Shown: positions 27,653 through 37,501, numbered from the stretch's first letter. The stretch is 64,000 bases of DNA from Candidatus Falkowbacteria bacterium (GCA_037132255.1 JBAXPN010000001.1:17020-81019), one strand, 5' to 3'. Notes: generated by a model from the sequence alone, not told the origin. Made by a program: numbers and translations.

Positions 27653-28193
27653 GGAAAAACTAAATCTCGGAGCAGGGACGAAAAATCTTGAGGGCTATAT
27701 TAATGTTGATAACCGGAAAGAATGTAATCCGGAAGTTATCCATGATTTAAATATTATTCCGTACCCCTTCGCTGACAGTCAATTCTCGGAAGTTATAATG
27801 GATCACGCGATTGAGCATCTGAGTGACCCACTGGCCGTTCTTGGTGAGATATATCGTATTAGCGAACCAAACGCTATGATTTATATCAACTGTCCGCATT
27901 TTTCCGGTAACTGGGTTCACCCTGGTCATAAGTCGGCGATTAGTGTACATCTTTTTGATTTCCTTCGCCCAGGCGGGGAAGAGGTCTATGGAAATGCTAA
28001 TTTTGAACTTGAAAAAGTAGAGCTTCGTTGGTTCCGTTATCTTATTGGCCGGCGCGCGAATCCAATTTTAAAAATTTTAAATTATTTAATAAATATTGTC
28101 GCTAATTTAAGTCCGTCGTTTACGGAAAGATTTTTGTGTTATTCGGTGGGCGGATTTGAGGAAATAAGATTTACGGCAAGAGTAGTAAAATAA
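27645..28193 (+). CDS. SAM-dependent methyltransferase (Methyltransf_11/23-like)
   Basis: LNLGAGTKNLEGYINVD (motif I) and an IMDHAIEHL region. Confidence 0.6.
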   Translation: MSKEKLNLGAGTKNLEGYINVDNRKECNPEVIHDLNIIPYPFADSQFSEVIMDHAIEHLSDPLAVLGEIYRISEPNAMIYINCPHFSGNWVHPGHKSAISVHLFDFLRPGGEEVYGNANFELEKVELRWFRYLIGRRANPILKILNYLINIVANLSPSFTERFLCYSVGGFEEIRFTARVVK

Positions 28194-28201
28194 TTAATAC
28201 T

Positions 28202-29674
28202 TTAGTGTAAGAGCAAATATTGCGCTTGAATAGTTTTTTGATTAGATATTTTGAATGGCCAAAGTAGGGGATGATTATAGATTCTTAAATTCCAAATTAA
28301 TTCTTCATGCTGCGTAAAATTTTGTTTAATATAGTTTTCAAGTTCAATATTTTTTGCATTATCGTCGGCGTTTATAATAAAACAGTCGATTTTTTTTGAT
28401 TTAATATCATTTAAGATTTGTTTTTGAATCTCGGGCGTGAAAGTCCAGCTCCAATTAGGATAAAGAAAATAACTCTTCTGGAGATTGGGAAGGCGGAGAT
28501 ACATCATCGGACTACTTGGATAAATATAAATACTTTGACATTTTACTCTATCATAAATTATTACTCGGCTATCACTAGAAAAATTATAAGAATAAATTCC
28601 AGGTTTCGTAATAAAATTAAAATATGATGTATAAATTTGTCCGGTTAGATACGAGAAGAGAAATGAAAAAAAGCAGAGATTAAAAATGAGAATTGTGAGT
28701 TGGTTTAGCTTCGTATTATTCTTTAATAATTTCCGGCTTTCATCAATAATAATTATTGTTCCAATAAATAAACCAAGAAGAGAGGGGAGAAGATGATAGT
28801 CATCATTACGCGGGTAGGCTAGAAAAATTAAAAGAGCTGATGAAATTAACGGTAATAACAAATTCGAATATTTTGCTTTTCGAATAATTATAATTAAGGC
28901 ACTAATATCTCCAATAAGCATTAAATAAAAAAGACTGAGAGTATTTGGTGGCCATATTTTTCCCAAGCTTAGTACAACATCTCTATTGTATATAAATAGC
29001 CAATTATAAACGCTTACTAGTGAACTATGATAAATTAGGATAAATGGCAATAAGCTGATTAAAAAACCACTAAAGATAAGAGCGCCATTTTTAATGATTA
29101 ATTGTATATCTTTTTGATAGAGTAAAATCTGCCAAATAATAATGCTAATACTTAGAAGCGCGGCGGCATTTGGTTTTATTAAAAATATTAATCCTGTGAG
29201 CAGGCCAGCTAGTATATAATGAGCTGGCTTTATTTTTTGAATTACGCGGAAAACTAAAATTAGGAGAAAAAAGATATATGGCTCAGGCATTAAAGAAAAA
29301 CCAGTCAAACTAATCCAAAAAATAATGAACAGTAAGGCTGTTAAATACCTTTGCCAAGCCCTTAAGCTAAAAAGAGAAAGAAGGAAATAAATAATATATG
29401 TCGCACTAAGACAATTGATGAAAATAATAATAATCGGAAAATAATCTAAACTGAATAACTTATATAGTGGAGCGAAAAAAAAGTATAGTAGTGGCCCGTG
29501 ATGCTCGAAGAAGTTAACGAAAGGTATGAGTCCATGAGATGTCTGAGCGATTGATAGTAAGTGTTCTTGACCGTAAAGGCCGCGGGAAAGATAAAAAAAT
29601 ATTCCTCCGTAAAGCAGGATTAAAAAATAACTAAGATATTCTAATGTTTTTTTATTTCTCATGATACTCGTCAT
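28202..29674 (-). CDS. Polytopic membrane protein; candidate O-antigen polymerase or GT-C glycosyltransferase
   Basis: Has >10 hydrophobic helices and a ~120-aa soluble C-terminus. Lies in the glycan locus, which has no other polymerase candidate. Confidence 0.35.
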   Translation of the reverse strand: MTSIMRNKKTLEYLSYFLILLYGGIFFYLSRGLYGQEHLLSIAQTSHGLIPFVNFFEHHGPLLYFFFAPLYKLFSLDYFPIIIIFINCLSATYIIYFLLSLFSLRAWQRYLTALLFIIFWISLTGFSLMPEPYIFFLLILVFRVIQKIKPAHYILAGLLTGLIFLIKPNAAALLSISIIIWQILLYQKDIQLIIKNGALIFSGFLISLLPFILIYHSSLVSVYNWLFIYNRDVVLSLGKIWPPNTLSLFYLMLIGDISALIIIIRKAKYSNLLLPLISSALLIFLAYPRNDDYHLLPSLLGLFIGTIIIIDESRKLLKNNTKLNQLTILIFNLCFFSFLFSYLTGQIYTSYFNFITKPGIYSYNFSSDSRVIIYDRVKCQSIYIYPSSPMMYLRLPNLQKSYFLYPNWSWTFTPEIQKQILNDIKSKKIDCFIINADDNAKNIELENYIKQNFTQHEELIWNLRIYNHPLLWPFKISNQKTIQAQYLLLH

Positions 29675-31094
29675 CGGCGTTAACCTGCCAAATATTTTCC
29701 TTGTTTGTTATATTATTTATAATATTATCGGCAGCTGTAAATCCAGACAGAATTGAGTGATCCATATTATTGTAGCGGTGCATGCCATTACGTCCGATGA
29801 GATATAAATTGTTGATTTTATCAAGATAATTTTTCAGAATATCAAAATTTTGATAAGTGCCAAAATAGGCGGGATAGGCTTTTTTAATGCGAAGGACTTT
29901 AAAATCAAGACTGGCGCTTTTATTTACAAGCTCCATTTCTTGTAATTCATTTTCAGCGAGCGTTCGAAGCTCTAGATCGCTCGAGCGCCAGAGCTCATCT
30001 TTTTCTTGGCAATAATATTCCGCACCGAGGCAAGCCATATTATTATTTCGTGTCATTTCACTACTAAAATTATGAAATAAATCGAGGCGGCCCATTTTTA
30101 TATTACTTTCCTGAACGTATATCCAATTATCTTTTAAAGCCTCGTTTCCATTTAAATTATTTTTATTGAATAGTAAACTGACTATAATATAATCACGGTA
30201 AATAAGGCCTTTAGCAATATCATAAATTTCTGCCGGAACATCTATCTTAAATCCCGATACTAAATTCTTAATCGGCATCGTCGATAAGAAATAATCAGCT
30301 CTAATTGTTTCAATATCGCCTGTTATTAAGTTTCGTATTTCGACAGAGCTAATTTCACCGTTTTCAAAATTAAAATTTTCCGCGCGTGAATCAAGCTTTA
30401 TAATTCCTCCCGACGCAATAATTTTTTCCGCAATTTTCTCATACATCTGACCGGCGCCTTTCTTCGGATAATAAAATTCATTGATTAAACTTTTCTCTTC
30501 AGTTGATTTCTGAAAAAAGTAATTTAGGAAAAAACTCTTGAGCGCTTTGGAGATAGAAAGATTATTTATTCTTTGTGCTCCCCAGTCTTTAGGAATATTT
30601 TGGCAACTAACGCCCCAAACTTTTTCGGTATATTCGCGAAAGAAAGTATTGTATAATTCTCGTCCAAAGCGATTGATATAAAAATCTTCTAAAGAATTTT
30701 CCGCTCTCTTGAATATTTTAGTTCGAATATAGCTAAATAATATTTTTACAGTTTTTATAAAACCTAAATTTGTAAGAGTTGTCGTGCTAACGCTTATCGG
30801 GTAACTAAAAAATTTCTTTAAATAAAAAATTCTGGTCACACGATTGACCTTTAAGAAATTTTCTTCGTTTAAGAGTTTATGCCAAAATTTATTTACTCGT
30901 TCTGATTTAGAAAAAAAGCGATGCGGGCCGATATCTGTCGAGAAGGTATTAGTAGTAATTGTCTTCGACAGACCGCCAACTTGCGAGTCTTCTTCGATAA
31001 TAATAATTTTGATGTCAGATTTCTCTAGCAACTCGTAGGCGGCTGCTAAGCCGGCCGGACCAGCCCCGATGATCAGCGCGGTTTTTGAAGTCAT
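29652..31094 (-). CDS. FAD-dependent oxidoreductase (amine-oxidase/UDP-galactopyranose-mutase-like fold)
   Basis: N-terminal dinucleotide motif IIGAGPAGLAAAYEL...IIEEDSQVGG. Confidence 0.6.
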   Translation of the reverse strand: MTSKTALIIGAGPAGLAAAYELLEKSDIKIIIIEEDSQVGGLSKTITTNTFSTDIGPHRFFSKSERVNKFWHKLLNEENFLKVNRVTRIFYLKKFFSYPISVSTTTLTNLGFIKTVKILFSYIRTKIFKRAENSLEDFYINRFGRELYNTFFREYTEKVWGVSCQNIPKDWGAQRINNLSISKALKSFFLNYFFQKSTEEKSLINEFYYPKKGAGQMYEKIAEKIIASGGIIKLDSRAENFNFENGEISSVEIRNLITGDIETIRADYFLSTMPIKNLVSGFKIDVPAEIYDIAKGLIYRDYIIVSLLFNKNNLNGNEALKDNWIYVQESNIKMGRLDLFHNFSSEMTRNNNMACLGAEYYCQEKDELWRSSDLELRTLAENELQEMELVNKSASLDFKVLRIKKAYPAYFGTYQNFDILKNYLDKINNLYLIGRNGMHRYNNMDHSILSGFTAADNIINNITNKENIWQVNADDEYHEK

Positions 31095-31116
31095 ATCTAA
31101 ATTGAGACTTTAAGAA

Positions 31117-32442
31117 TTATCGGCCGCCACGACTAATCATCGTCGCAACTGTTTTAAGAGTTATTGCGAGGTCTAAATAGAAGGAGCGATGTTTTAAATA
31201 GAATAAATCGTATTGAAGTTTTTCAAGACTGTCTTCAAGGGACGGGGAATGGTAGTGACCAGAAATTTGATCCCAGCCGGTTATGCCTGGTTTGATTAAG
31301 AGACGCGTTTTATAAAAGGGAATTTGATGTTCAAGTTCAGCTACAATTTTTGGCTGTTCTGGGCGGGGACCAATAAAACTCATTTCGCCTTTAATAATAT
31401 TAATTACTTGTGGAATTTCATCAAGGCGCGATTTCCGTAAAAATAATCCAAAAGGAGTAACCCGTTTATCGCCTTCGCTTGTTGGCAGGCCGTCGTTATT
31501 TTCTGTTCGCATCGTCCGGAATTTGATCATCTTGAATATTATTTCATTGCGGCCATAACGCTCTTGAGTAAAAAATATTGGTCCTCGGCTTCCGAGTTTA
31601 ATTATCAAAGCGATGAGTGGCCAAAAAATAAATGAAATAATAAGAATTACTATTGCACCAATCAAATCGATAACGCGTTTGACGAAATTAAAATAATTTC
31701 TTTCCCCTTCTTTTAAATTATCTAAGAACCAAATTGGGCCGATTGCTTCAACCGGAACTTTCCCAGTAAGAAGTTCGTAGAAGGCTGGATAGTCGAAAAA
31801 AATAAGGTTAAACGCAAGACAGCTAAATAAAGCTTCGCGCACTTTTTCACTTTCGCCAAAATCATCAGTCACAACAATCGCGCGAATATTTTTTTCTTTG
31901 ATACTTTCGATTAGCGTGTCCATCTTTTCCGGGCTTTTGAAGATTAGAGCTGTTTGATAACCAGAGCCGGGATTATTTTTTAATTCCTCGATTAGTTTTT
32001 CCGTTCGATTATTAAAACCAATAATTGCGAGATTGCTTTTTGGAATTAGGGATTTAACAAGTGTACTAAAAATACCTCTCCAAACAAAGAATAGGGCCAT
32101 GAAGACGACGATAAAAATCGCGAGGTTAGTTTTTGGGGCAATAGCAGATTGAACGTTAACGTAGAAATAAATGACAGAGAGGAGGGAGCTAAGGACGGCG
32201 GCGTTGACGGTTTGCAGAAAGAATTTTCGGCCGCTGGCTTTAAGGTTTAAATTATATAAGTCGTTAATGTATAAAATGACAACCCAAATCAAAAATATAA
32301 CTAAAAAATGCGGTAAGTGGCCGCGGTAATTTTCGACTAGGGTTTCTTTAGGGTAGCGGATAACGAGCGTTAGGAAAAGGGCGAGATTTAAGAACAAGAG
32401 GTCACCTAGCAGGAGAATTGTTTTTTTAAGGCGGGTAAGCAT
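31117..32442 (-). CDS. Polyprenyl-phosphate sugar-phosphate transferase (WbaP/EpsL-type priming enzyme)
   Basis: C-terminal bacterial sugar transferase motifs SFIGPRPE, KPGITGWDQI and DEIPQ, preceded by TM helices. Confidence 0.85.
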   Translation of the reverse strand: MLTRLKKTILLLGDLLFLNLALFLTLVIRYPKETLVENYRGHLPHFLVIFLIWVVILYINDLYNLNLKASGRKFFLQTVNAAVLSSLLSVIYFYVNVQSAIAPKTNLAIFIVVFMALFFVWRGIFSTLVKSLIPKSNLAIIGFNNRTEKLIEELKNNPGSGYQTALIFKSPEKMDTLIESIKEKNIRAIVVTDDFGESEKVREALFSCLAFNLIFFDYPAFYELLTGKVPVEAIGPIWFLDNLKEGERNYFNFVKRVIDLIGAIVILIISFIFWPLIALIIKLGSRGPIFFTQERYGRNEIIFKMIKFRTMRTENNDGLPTSEGDKRVTPFGLFLRKSRLDEIPQVINIIKGEMSFIGPRPEQPKIVAELEHQIPFYKTRLLIKPGITGWDQISGHYHSPSLEDSLEKLQYDLFYLKHRSFYLDLAITLKTVATMISRGGR

Positions 32443-32673
32443 ATTTTTATGAAATTTATATTGTTAATATAGCAATATAAATACAAAAAATCAATCATTT
32501 CAGGGGCTTTTAATTAAAAAGGCCCCCTACTTAAGATTGAGTCTTATTATGTCGCTCTCCACGTGGTCGAGAGTCAGTCGTTTGTCTTTTTGATTTACAA
32601 AGAAATGGTGAAAATTACTTTAGGATAAAATCAATTTTTTGTCAAAAATAAGCCTTATATTTTTTATTAATTA

Positions 32674-32682
32674 TGATATAAT
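32674..32682 (+). promoter_or_regulatory. Extended -10 box TGATATAAT
   Basis: Lies 35 nt upstream of ATG 32718. Confidence 0.4.
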
Positions 32683-32717
32683 GGAGTCAGATTATAAATA
32701 TTCTAAAATCGAATAAA

Positions 32718-35354
32718 ATGTCTAAATTAAATTTACGTATTTTTCTCTTAGCTACCCTGTTTTTTATCATGCCTTTTTTTGCGAAAGCGGCGGTTTGCGA
32801 CCAGAACACAATTCTAAAAGTTACGGCGCGTGATCCCGATGGATCTTATATTGCCGGCGCTTATGTGGATGTTTATGCGCAGACAGTCGACGCTAATGGC
32901 AATAAAAAACCTGGGGCGAGAATCGCCGGTGGCTCAACGGACGCAATTTTAGGGATTGCGAGTATTAGTTTTCGAAATAGCGCTGTCGCCTCGGCAACAT
33001 ATGCTATAAGAATTCGGACGATTGGAAAAGATTCGGCTAGTTTCTGGTTTTTTGATAATACTTTGAATTGCGGTGAAACAAGTTCTATTAGTAAAACATT
33101 AAGTGGAGTTTCTGTTTCACTCAGGCAGTCTAACGGAAGCGTGCTAACAAATACCAGTTTTAGTATCTATACACAGATGCATGACTCTAGCGGAAGTTTA
33201 ATAAACGCCAAGAATGAACTACTCGGAACATATAATACTGGCAATTCGGGACAAGTAAAAATATATTTGCCACAGGGAAGCGTGCGCGGAATACTGGCCT
33301 CAGCGTCTGATCATTATGTTATTGAAATTAATCATTCCGGCATCAAATATAACGCCTATAATGTCTATATAAGTGATGGCGCAATGACTAATTATGAATA
33401 TTATTTAAGCGTTCTTCGCATTCGTTTGCAATATGAGGCAGGAGCTAGTGCGACTGGCGCGACAGTTGAAGTTTATACGCAAAAAGTTAATCTCGACTAT
33501 GATCAGGAAACCGATCTTAGAGTCGGCTCTTTTGCTATTAGCGATGATGGTTATGGGTCGATGGAACTTGCGCCCGGAACCTACGCTTTAAAGATCAAAG
33601 TTGCCGGCGTCTATCAATATTTTTGGGATAATTATGTTTATGATGGGAAGACAACTCAATACAATATAACTTTAAAGGGCAATAATACCGCTGTAACTTC
33701 GTCTTCTTCGTCTAATACAACGGCTACAACCTGCGCAAATGCTTCGAAAGTTTATGTCGCCTTAACTGATATTGCCGGTCACGGCGCGGCCGCTTTAAAA
33801 TTTGAAATTTATGAGCAAGGAGCTGATATTAATAATTTGCCTCTCCCTGGTCTTAAGGTAGTCTCTGGGACGACTGATATAAACGGGCGGGCAACAATCA
33901 GCTTCAAGCCAGACTCAAGTAAAAATTACGCCCTAAAGGTCTGGGATAAAAAAGCCGACCTGGGAGAGTTTTGGTATTATAATGTTTTAAAATTTGTTTG
34001 TGACTATGATCGCAAATTAACGAAGAGTTTACCGTCACTAAAAATAGTGCTTCGCGATGCCGAAGGAAAGCCGAGATATAATTATGCTTTTTCTTTATAT
34101 GCGCAGCGTTTTGATGTTGACGGTAATCCAAGTTTTGGGACAACAGATTTAATTGCTAATCTTAAAACTGGCGCCGATGGTCAGGCGATTGTCTATGTGG
34201 CTCCTTATAATACTTATAATAGTCATCAGACTGGTTATTATGCCCTAGGCACAAAAGACGGAAATAATAATACAAAAAATTTCTATAATATAAATATAAA
34301 CGAGTCCAAAGATTATACTTATGAGCCAGCTTTTAGTGGCTTAAGCGGCACTTTTCTTGATGCCGAGGGGCGTATTTTCGGTAATCGAAGCTTGATTTTA
34401 TTTGAACAGAAATCAAGCGATGGTTATTTTAATCTTGGTCAAAAACTTTTATCATTTCGGACTGATTTGAATGGTAAATATAAATTTGAATATTCAGAGG
34501 GGACTTATGCAATCTCCGCAACCGATGATCTCGGCAAAACAAATGTTTTTTGGAATGTTGTGATTGGACCGAGTAGCACGAGCAAAAAATTAACAGCCAG
34601 TTTAATAAACTTTAATTTTACCGGCGGATCGGCGACGGGGCCAGTTTTACAGCTCTATACTTTGTCGGGGAAAAATGGCGCTTATGCTCGAGGCGATTTA
34701 ATTAATACGATTAGACTGAAAAATAATCATGCCGCCTTGTCTCTGGCCGCTGGCGCCTATCTAGCATCTTACGAAGGTTCTAATAATCGTATTTTTGGCC
34801 AAACATTTTATGCTAAAAACGGGTATACTTATAACGTTAATTTTTCGACCAGCGCAAAATATTCAATAATTGGTAAAACAAGTTTCGCTCTTGATGGAGC
34901 TGAGGCTAATTTAGCGGTCGCTGCACCGGCGCCTATTGCCACAGTAAACTCAAGCGCAAATGCAGTCGTTGCTACGGGGCCTTTGTCTACTCGTTTAAAG
35001 GGTCGCATCCTACTTCAAGTTGAAGATAAGGGACAGGCTTGGTATTTAAATCCGGTTGATGGTAAACGCTATAGTCTTGGGCGACCGGAGGACGCTTATA
35101 ACGTCATGCGCCGTTTAGCGCTTGGTGTTTCAAACGATACATATGGCGCGATTGAAAATAATCCGAGCGCTTGGAAAAAATTAGCAGGAAGAATTCTTTT
35201 GAAAGTTGAAGATAGCGGTAAGGCTTATTATTTTGATCCCACTAATTTAGTTTTATACTATCTTGGTCGTCCGGCTGACGCCTTTAATGTCATGCGCGGT
35301 CGCGGATTAGGTATTACGACTAGTAATCTTAATCAATTAAATTCAGCCGAATAG
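32718..35354 (+). CDS. 878-aa secreted protein made of repeated beta-sandwich (carboxypeptidase-regulatory/prealbumin-like) modules with a twin ~60-aa C-terminal repeat
   Basis: Signal peptide LATLFFIMPFFAKAA. Recurring D.NG...PG..v.G.TD..G.a.i.f modules. The two C-terminal repeats are GRILLQVEDKGQAWYLNP...LGRPEDAYNVMR and GRILLKVEDSGKAYYFDP...LGRPADAFNVMR. Confidence 0.6.
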   Translation: MSKLNLRIFLLATLFFIMPFFAKAAVCDQNTILKVTARDPDGSYIAGAYVDVYAQTVDANGNKKPGARIAGGSTDAILGIASISFRNSAVASATYAIRIRTIGKDSASFWFFDNTLNCGETSSISKTLSGVSVSLRQSNGSVLTNTSFSIYTQMHDSSGSLINAKNELLGTYNTGNSGQVKIYLPQGSVRGILASASDHYVIEINHSGIKYNAYNVYISDGAMTNYEYYLSVLRIRLQYEAGASATGATVEVYTQKVNLDYDQETDLRVGSFAISDDGYGSMELAPGTYALKIKVAGVYQYFWDNYVYDGKTTQYNITLKGNNTAVTSSSSSNTTATTCANASKVYVALTDIAGHGAAALKFEIYEQGADINNLPLPGLKVVSGTTDINGRATISFKPDSSKNYALKVWDKKADLGEFWYYNVLKFVCDYDRKLTKSLPSLKIVLRDAEGKPRYNYAFSLYAQRFDVDGNPSFGTTDLIANLKTGADGQAIVYVAPYNTYNSHQTGYYALGTKDGNNNTKNFYNININESKDYTYEPAFSGLSGTFLDAEGRIFGNRSLILFEQKSSDGYFNLGQKLLSFRTDLNGKYKFEYSEGTYAISATDDLGKTNVFWNVVIGPSSTSKKLTASLINFNFTGGSATGPVLQLYTLSGKNGAYARGDLINTIRLKNNHAALSLAAGAYLASYEGSNNRIFGQTFYAKNGYTYNVNFSTSAKYSIIGKTSFALDGAEANLAVAAPAPIATVNSSANAVVATGPLSTRLKGRILLQVEDKGQAWYLNPVDGKRYSLGRPEDAYNVMRRLALGVSNDTYGAIENNPSAWKKLAGRILLKVEDSGKAYYFDPTNLVLYYLGRPADAFNVMRGRGLGITTSNLNQLNSAE

Positions 35355-35364
35355 AAAATATATT

Positions 35365-36357
35365 ATGGCGAAAGATATTGCACGCACAACTGAATATGTC
35401 TGGCCCTCGATTGGAAACGATAAGGCAATTGAATTTTTGAATCGCAGTATTTTAAGCGATAAGATTGCACAGACTTATGTATTTATTGGTCCGGAAGAGT
35501 TAGGGAAGTCAACGATTGCTCTCGCCTTTGCGCGTAATCTTCAAGGCGATTATGATGGTTTTAATAGTGATTTATATGTTTTAAATCCAGAACCTGGGAA
35601 GAAAGGAATCGGGATTGAACAAGTTAGAGAATTTATTAAAATGCTCAATTTGAGTTCTTTTATGAATTCTTATAAGATTGGATTAATTAAAGAGGCTGAT
35701 CTTTTAAGTGAAGAAGCGAAAAGCGCTTTGCTAAAGACTCTGGAAGAACCGAAAGACAAAGTAATTATAATCATGCTGGTTAATACAGAAGAAAGTTTAC
35801 CGGCGACAATTTTATCGCGTAGCCAGAAACTTTATTTTTATCCCGTTCCGGCTGCAACGATTTATGATTATCTAATTGCTAATTACGGCGCCAGTCGTTC
35901 GCTTGCCAAAGATTTAGCGAGCTTAGCGCTTGGCCGTCCTCTAAAGGCAATTCGTTATTTAGAAAATCCTGAAGTTTATAAAACATATTTAGAAGAGGCG
36001 GAAAGTTTTTTAAGTTTATTTAACATTGATTTGAACGCTCGTTTAAAAGTTCTTGATTCTATTTTTACTGATAAGACTTATAGCAAGCAAGCGACTGAAG
36101 ATGCTCTAAGCTTTTTGCTGATGGCCGAAGGCTTGTTTCGCGATATGCTTTTACTAGTTCTTGAGCAAAAAGATCGCGTGCAGCATTTAGTAATTTTAAG
36201 TGCGCTTGAAAAAAGTTTGGCGAGTTTGCCGGGTGACACGGACGAAAAAATTAAGGGAATTTTAAATCGCCTGAAGTTTATTGCCCAAGCCAAGGAATAT
36301 TTAGAAGCGAATGTTAACCCGCGTTTAGTGCTTGAGCAATTAATAGTCAATTTATAA
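35365..36357 (+). CDS. holB: DNA polymerase III delta-prime subunit
   Basis: AAA+ clamp-loader motifs YVFIGPEELGKST, ALLKTLEEP, TILSRSQ. Confidence 0.8.
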   Translation: MAKDIARTTEYVWPSIGNDKAIEFLNRSILSDKIAQTYVFIGPEELGKSTIALAFARNLQGDYDGFNSDLYVLNPEPGKKGIGIEQVREFIKMLNLSSFMNSYKIGLIKEADLLSEEAKSALLKTLEEPKDKVIIIMLVNTEESLPATILSRSQKLYFYPVPAATIYDYLIANYGASRSLAKDLASLALGRPLKAIRYLENPEVYKTYLEEAESFLSLFNIDLNARLKVLDSIFTDKTYSKQATEDALSFLLMAEGLFRDMLLLVLEQKDRVQHLVILSALEKSLASLPGDTDEKIKGILNRLKFIAQAKEYLEANVNPRLVLEQLIVNL

Positions 36358-36368
36358 TTAATAAATAT

Positions 36369-37481
36369 ATGTCCACAAAATCTTTTAAATTAATTATCGC
36401 CCTTGTTGCCGTAGTTCTTCTAACTTCAGCTTGTACAATTTCAACGAGTACGACAGGAAGCACGCAGAGCGTCGATAGCAGTGTTTTCGCTTCAGCTGAT
36501 CGCGGTGATACTTGGCGTTCGATGGCGTCTATTCCAGTAACGAGCGGAAGCGCCGGCAGTATCGCTAACATCAGCGTTAATTTAATGACGATGGATCCGA
36601 GCGATAATCAGGCAATATATTTAGCGAGCGAAGGAGCCGGTCTTTATTATACTTATAAAATAAGTGATGGTTGGAATTTGGTTAAAGGTTTGCCAGTGAG
36701 CATGATTAACGATATAAAGGTTGACCCAAAGTCTAAATGTAACCTTTACTCAGCAATCGGTAATCGTGTTTATCGTTCGACTGATTGTTCCCGCAATTGG
36801 ACCCAAGTATATTTTGATAGTAATAGCGAAGTGAGTGTTAATGCGATTGCGATTGATCAATATAATCCGAGCAATATTTATATCGGTACGAGTCGCGGAG
36901 AAATAATTAAAAGTATTGATAGTGGAAATTCGTGGCGAACAATTCAGCGTTTAGACGAAGGGGTTGCGCGCCTTATAATTTCGCCGCTCGATAGTCGTTT
37001 GATATTTGTCGCATCATCAAAAAATAATATTTATAGCTTTAACTCGAATACCAATACTAATCCCGGTGATTCAGCAAATCTCGAAGCTAACTTTTTAGTT
37101 GAGAATTGGACAGATTTAAATGAAATTTTACGAGAGTATAATTTAGGTACGAGTTTTAAAGATATTATTGTAAGTCCGAAAGATGGCATAATGTTTCTCG
37201 CAACTGAAAAAGTTATTTTGCGTTCAAGCGATAACGCCATGACTTGGGAGAATATAAAATTAATCCAACCGGAAAAAGATGCCGTTATTAATGCAATTGC
37301 GGTTGATCCACAAAATTCTAATAATCTTTATTATGTTACTAATACAACCTTCTTTCGCTCAAGCGACGGTGGGGCAACTTGGACAACCAAGAAATTACCG
37401 ACTAAGCGCGCGGGAAGAGAATTGATAATTGATTTTAAGAATCCGAATGTGATATATTTAGGGACTAAGAAAGTTCAGTAA
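36369..37481 (+). CDS. Secreted/lipid-anchored BNR (Asp-box) repeat beta-propeller protein
   Basis: Five SxDxGxTW-like boxes: SADRGDTW, STDCSRNW, SIDSGNSW, SSDNAMTW, SSDGGATW. The N-terminal signal ends in SAC. Confidence 0.7.
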   Translation: MSTKSFKLIIALVAVVLLTSACTISTSTTGSTQSVDSSVFASADRGDTWRSMASIPVTSGSAGSIANISVNLMTMDPSDNQAIYLASEGAGLYYTYKISDGWNLVKGLPVSMINDIKVDPKSKCNLYSAIGNRVYRSTDCSRNWTQVYFDSNSEVSVNAIAIDQYNPSNIYIGTSRGEIIKSIDSGNSWRTIQRLDEGVARLIISPLDSRLIFVASSKNNIYSFNSNTNTNPGDSANLEANFLVENWTDLNEILREYNLGTSFKDIIVSPKDGIMFLATEKVILRSSDNAMTWENIKLIQPEKDAVINAIAVDPQNSNNLYYVTNTTFFRSSDGGATWTTKKLPTKRAGRELIIDFKNPNVIYLGTKKVQ

Positions 37482-37501
37482 TTTATTAAAAAATTAAAAA
37501 T

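Noticed and set aside
34989-35351. The twin C-terminal repeats as a DGR template/variable repeat pair.
   Set aside because: The two copies are diverged throughout at the DNA level rather than differing only at adenine positions. No RT or accessory gene lies nearby.
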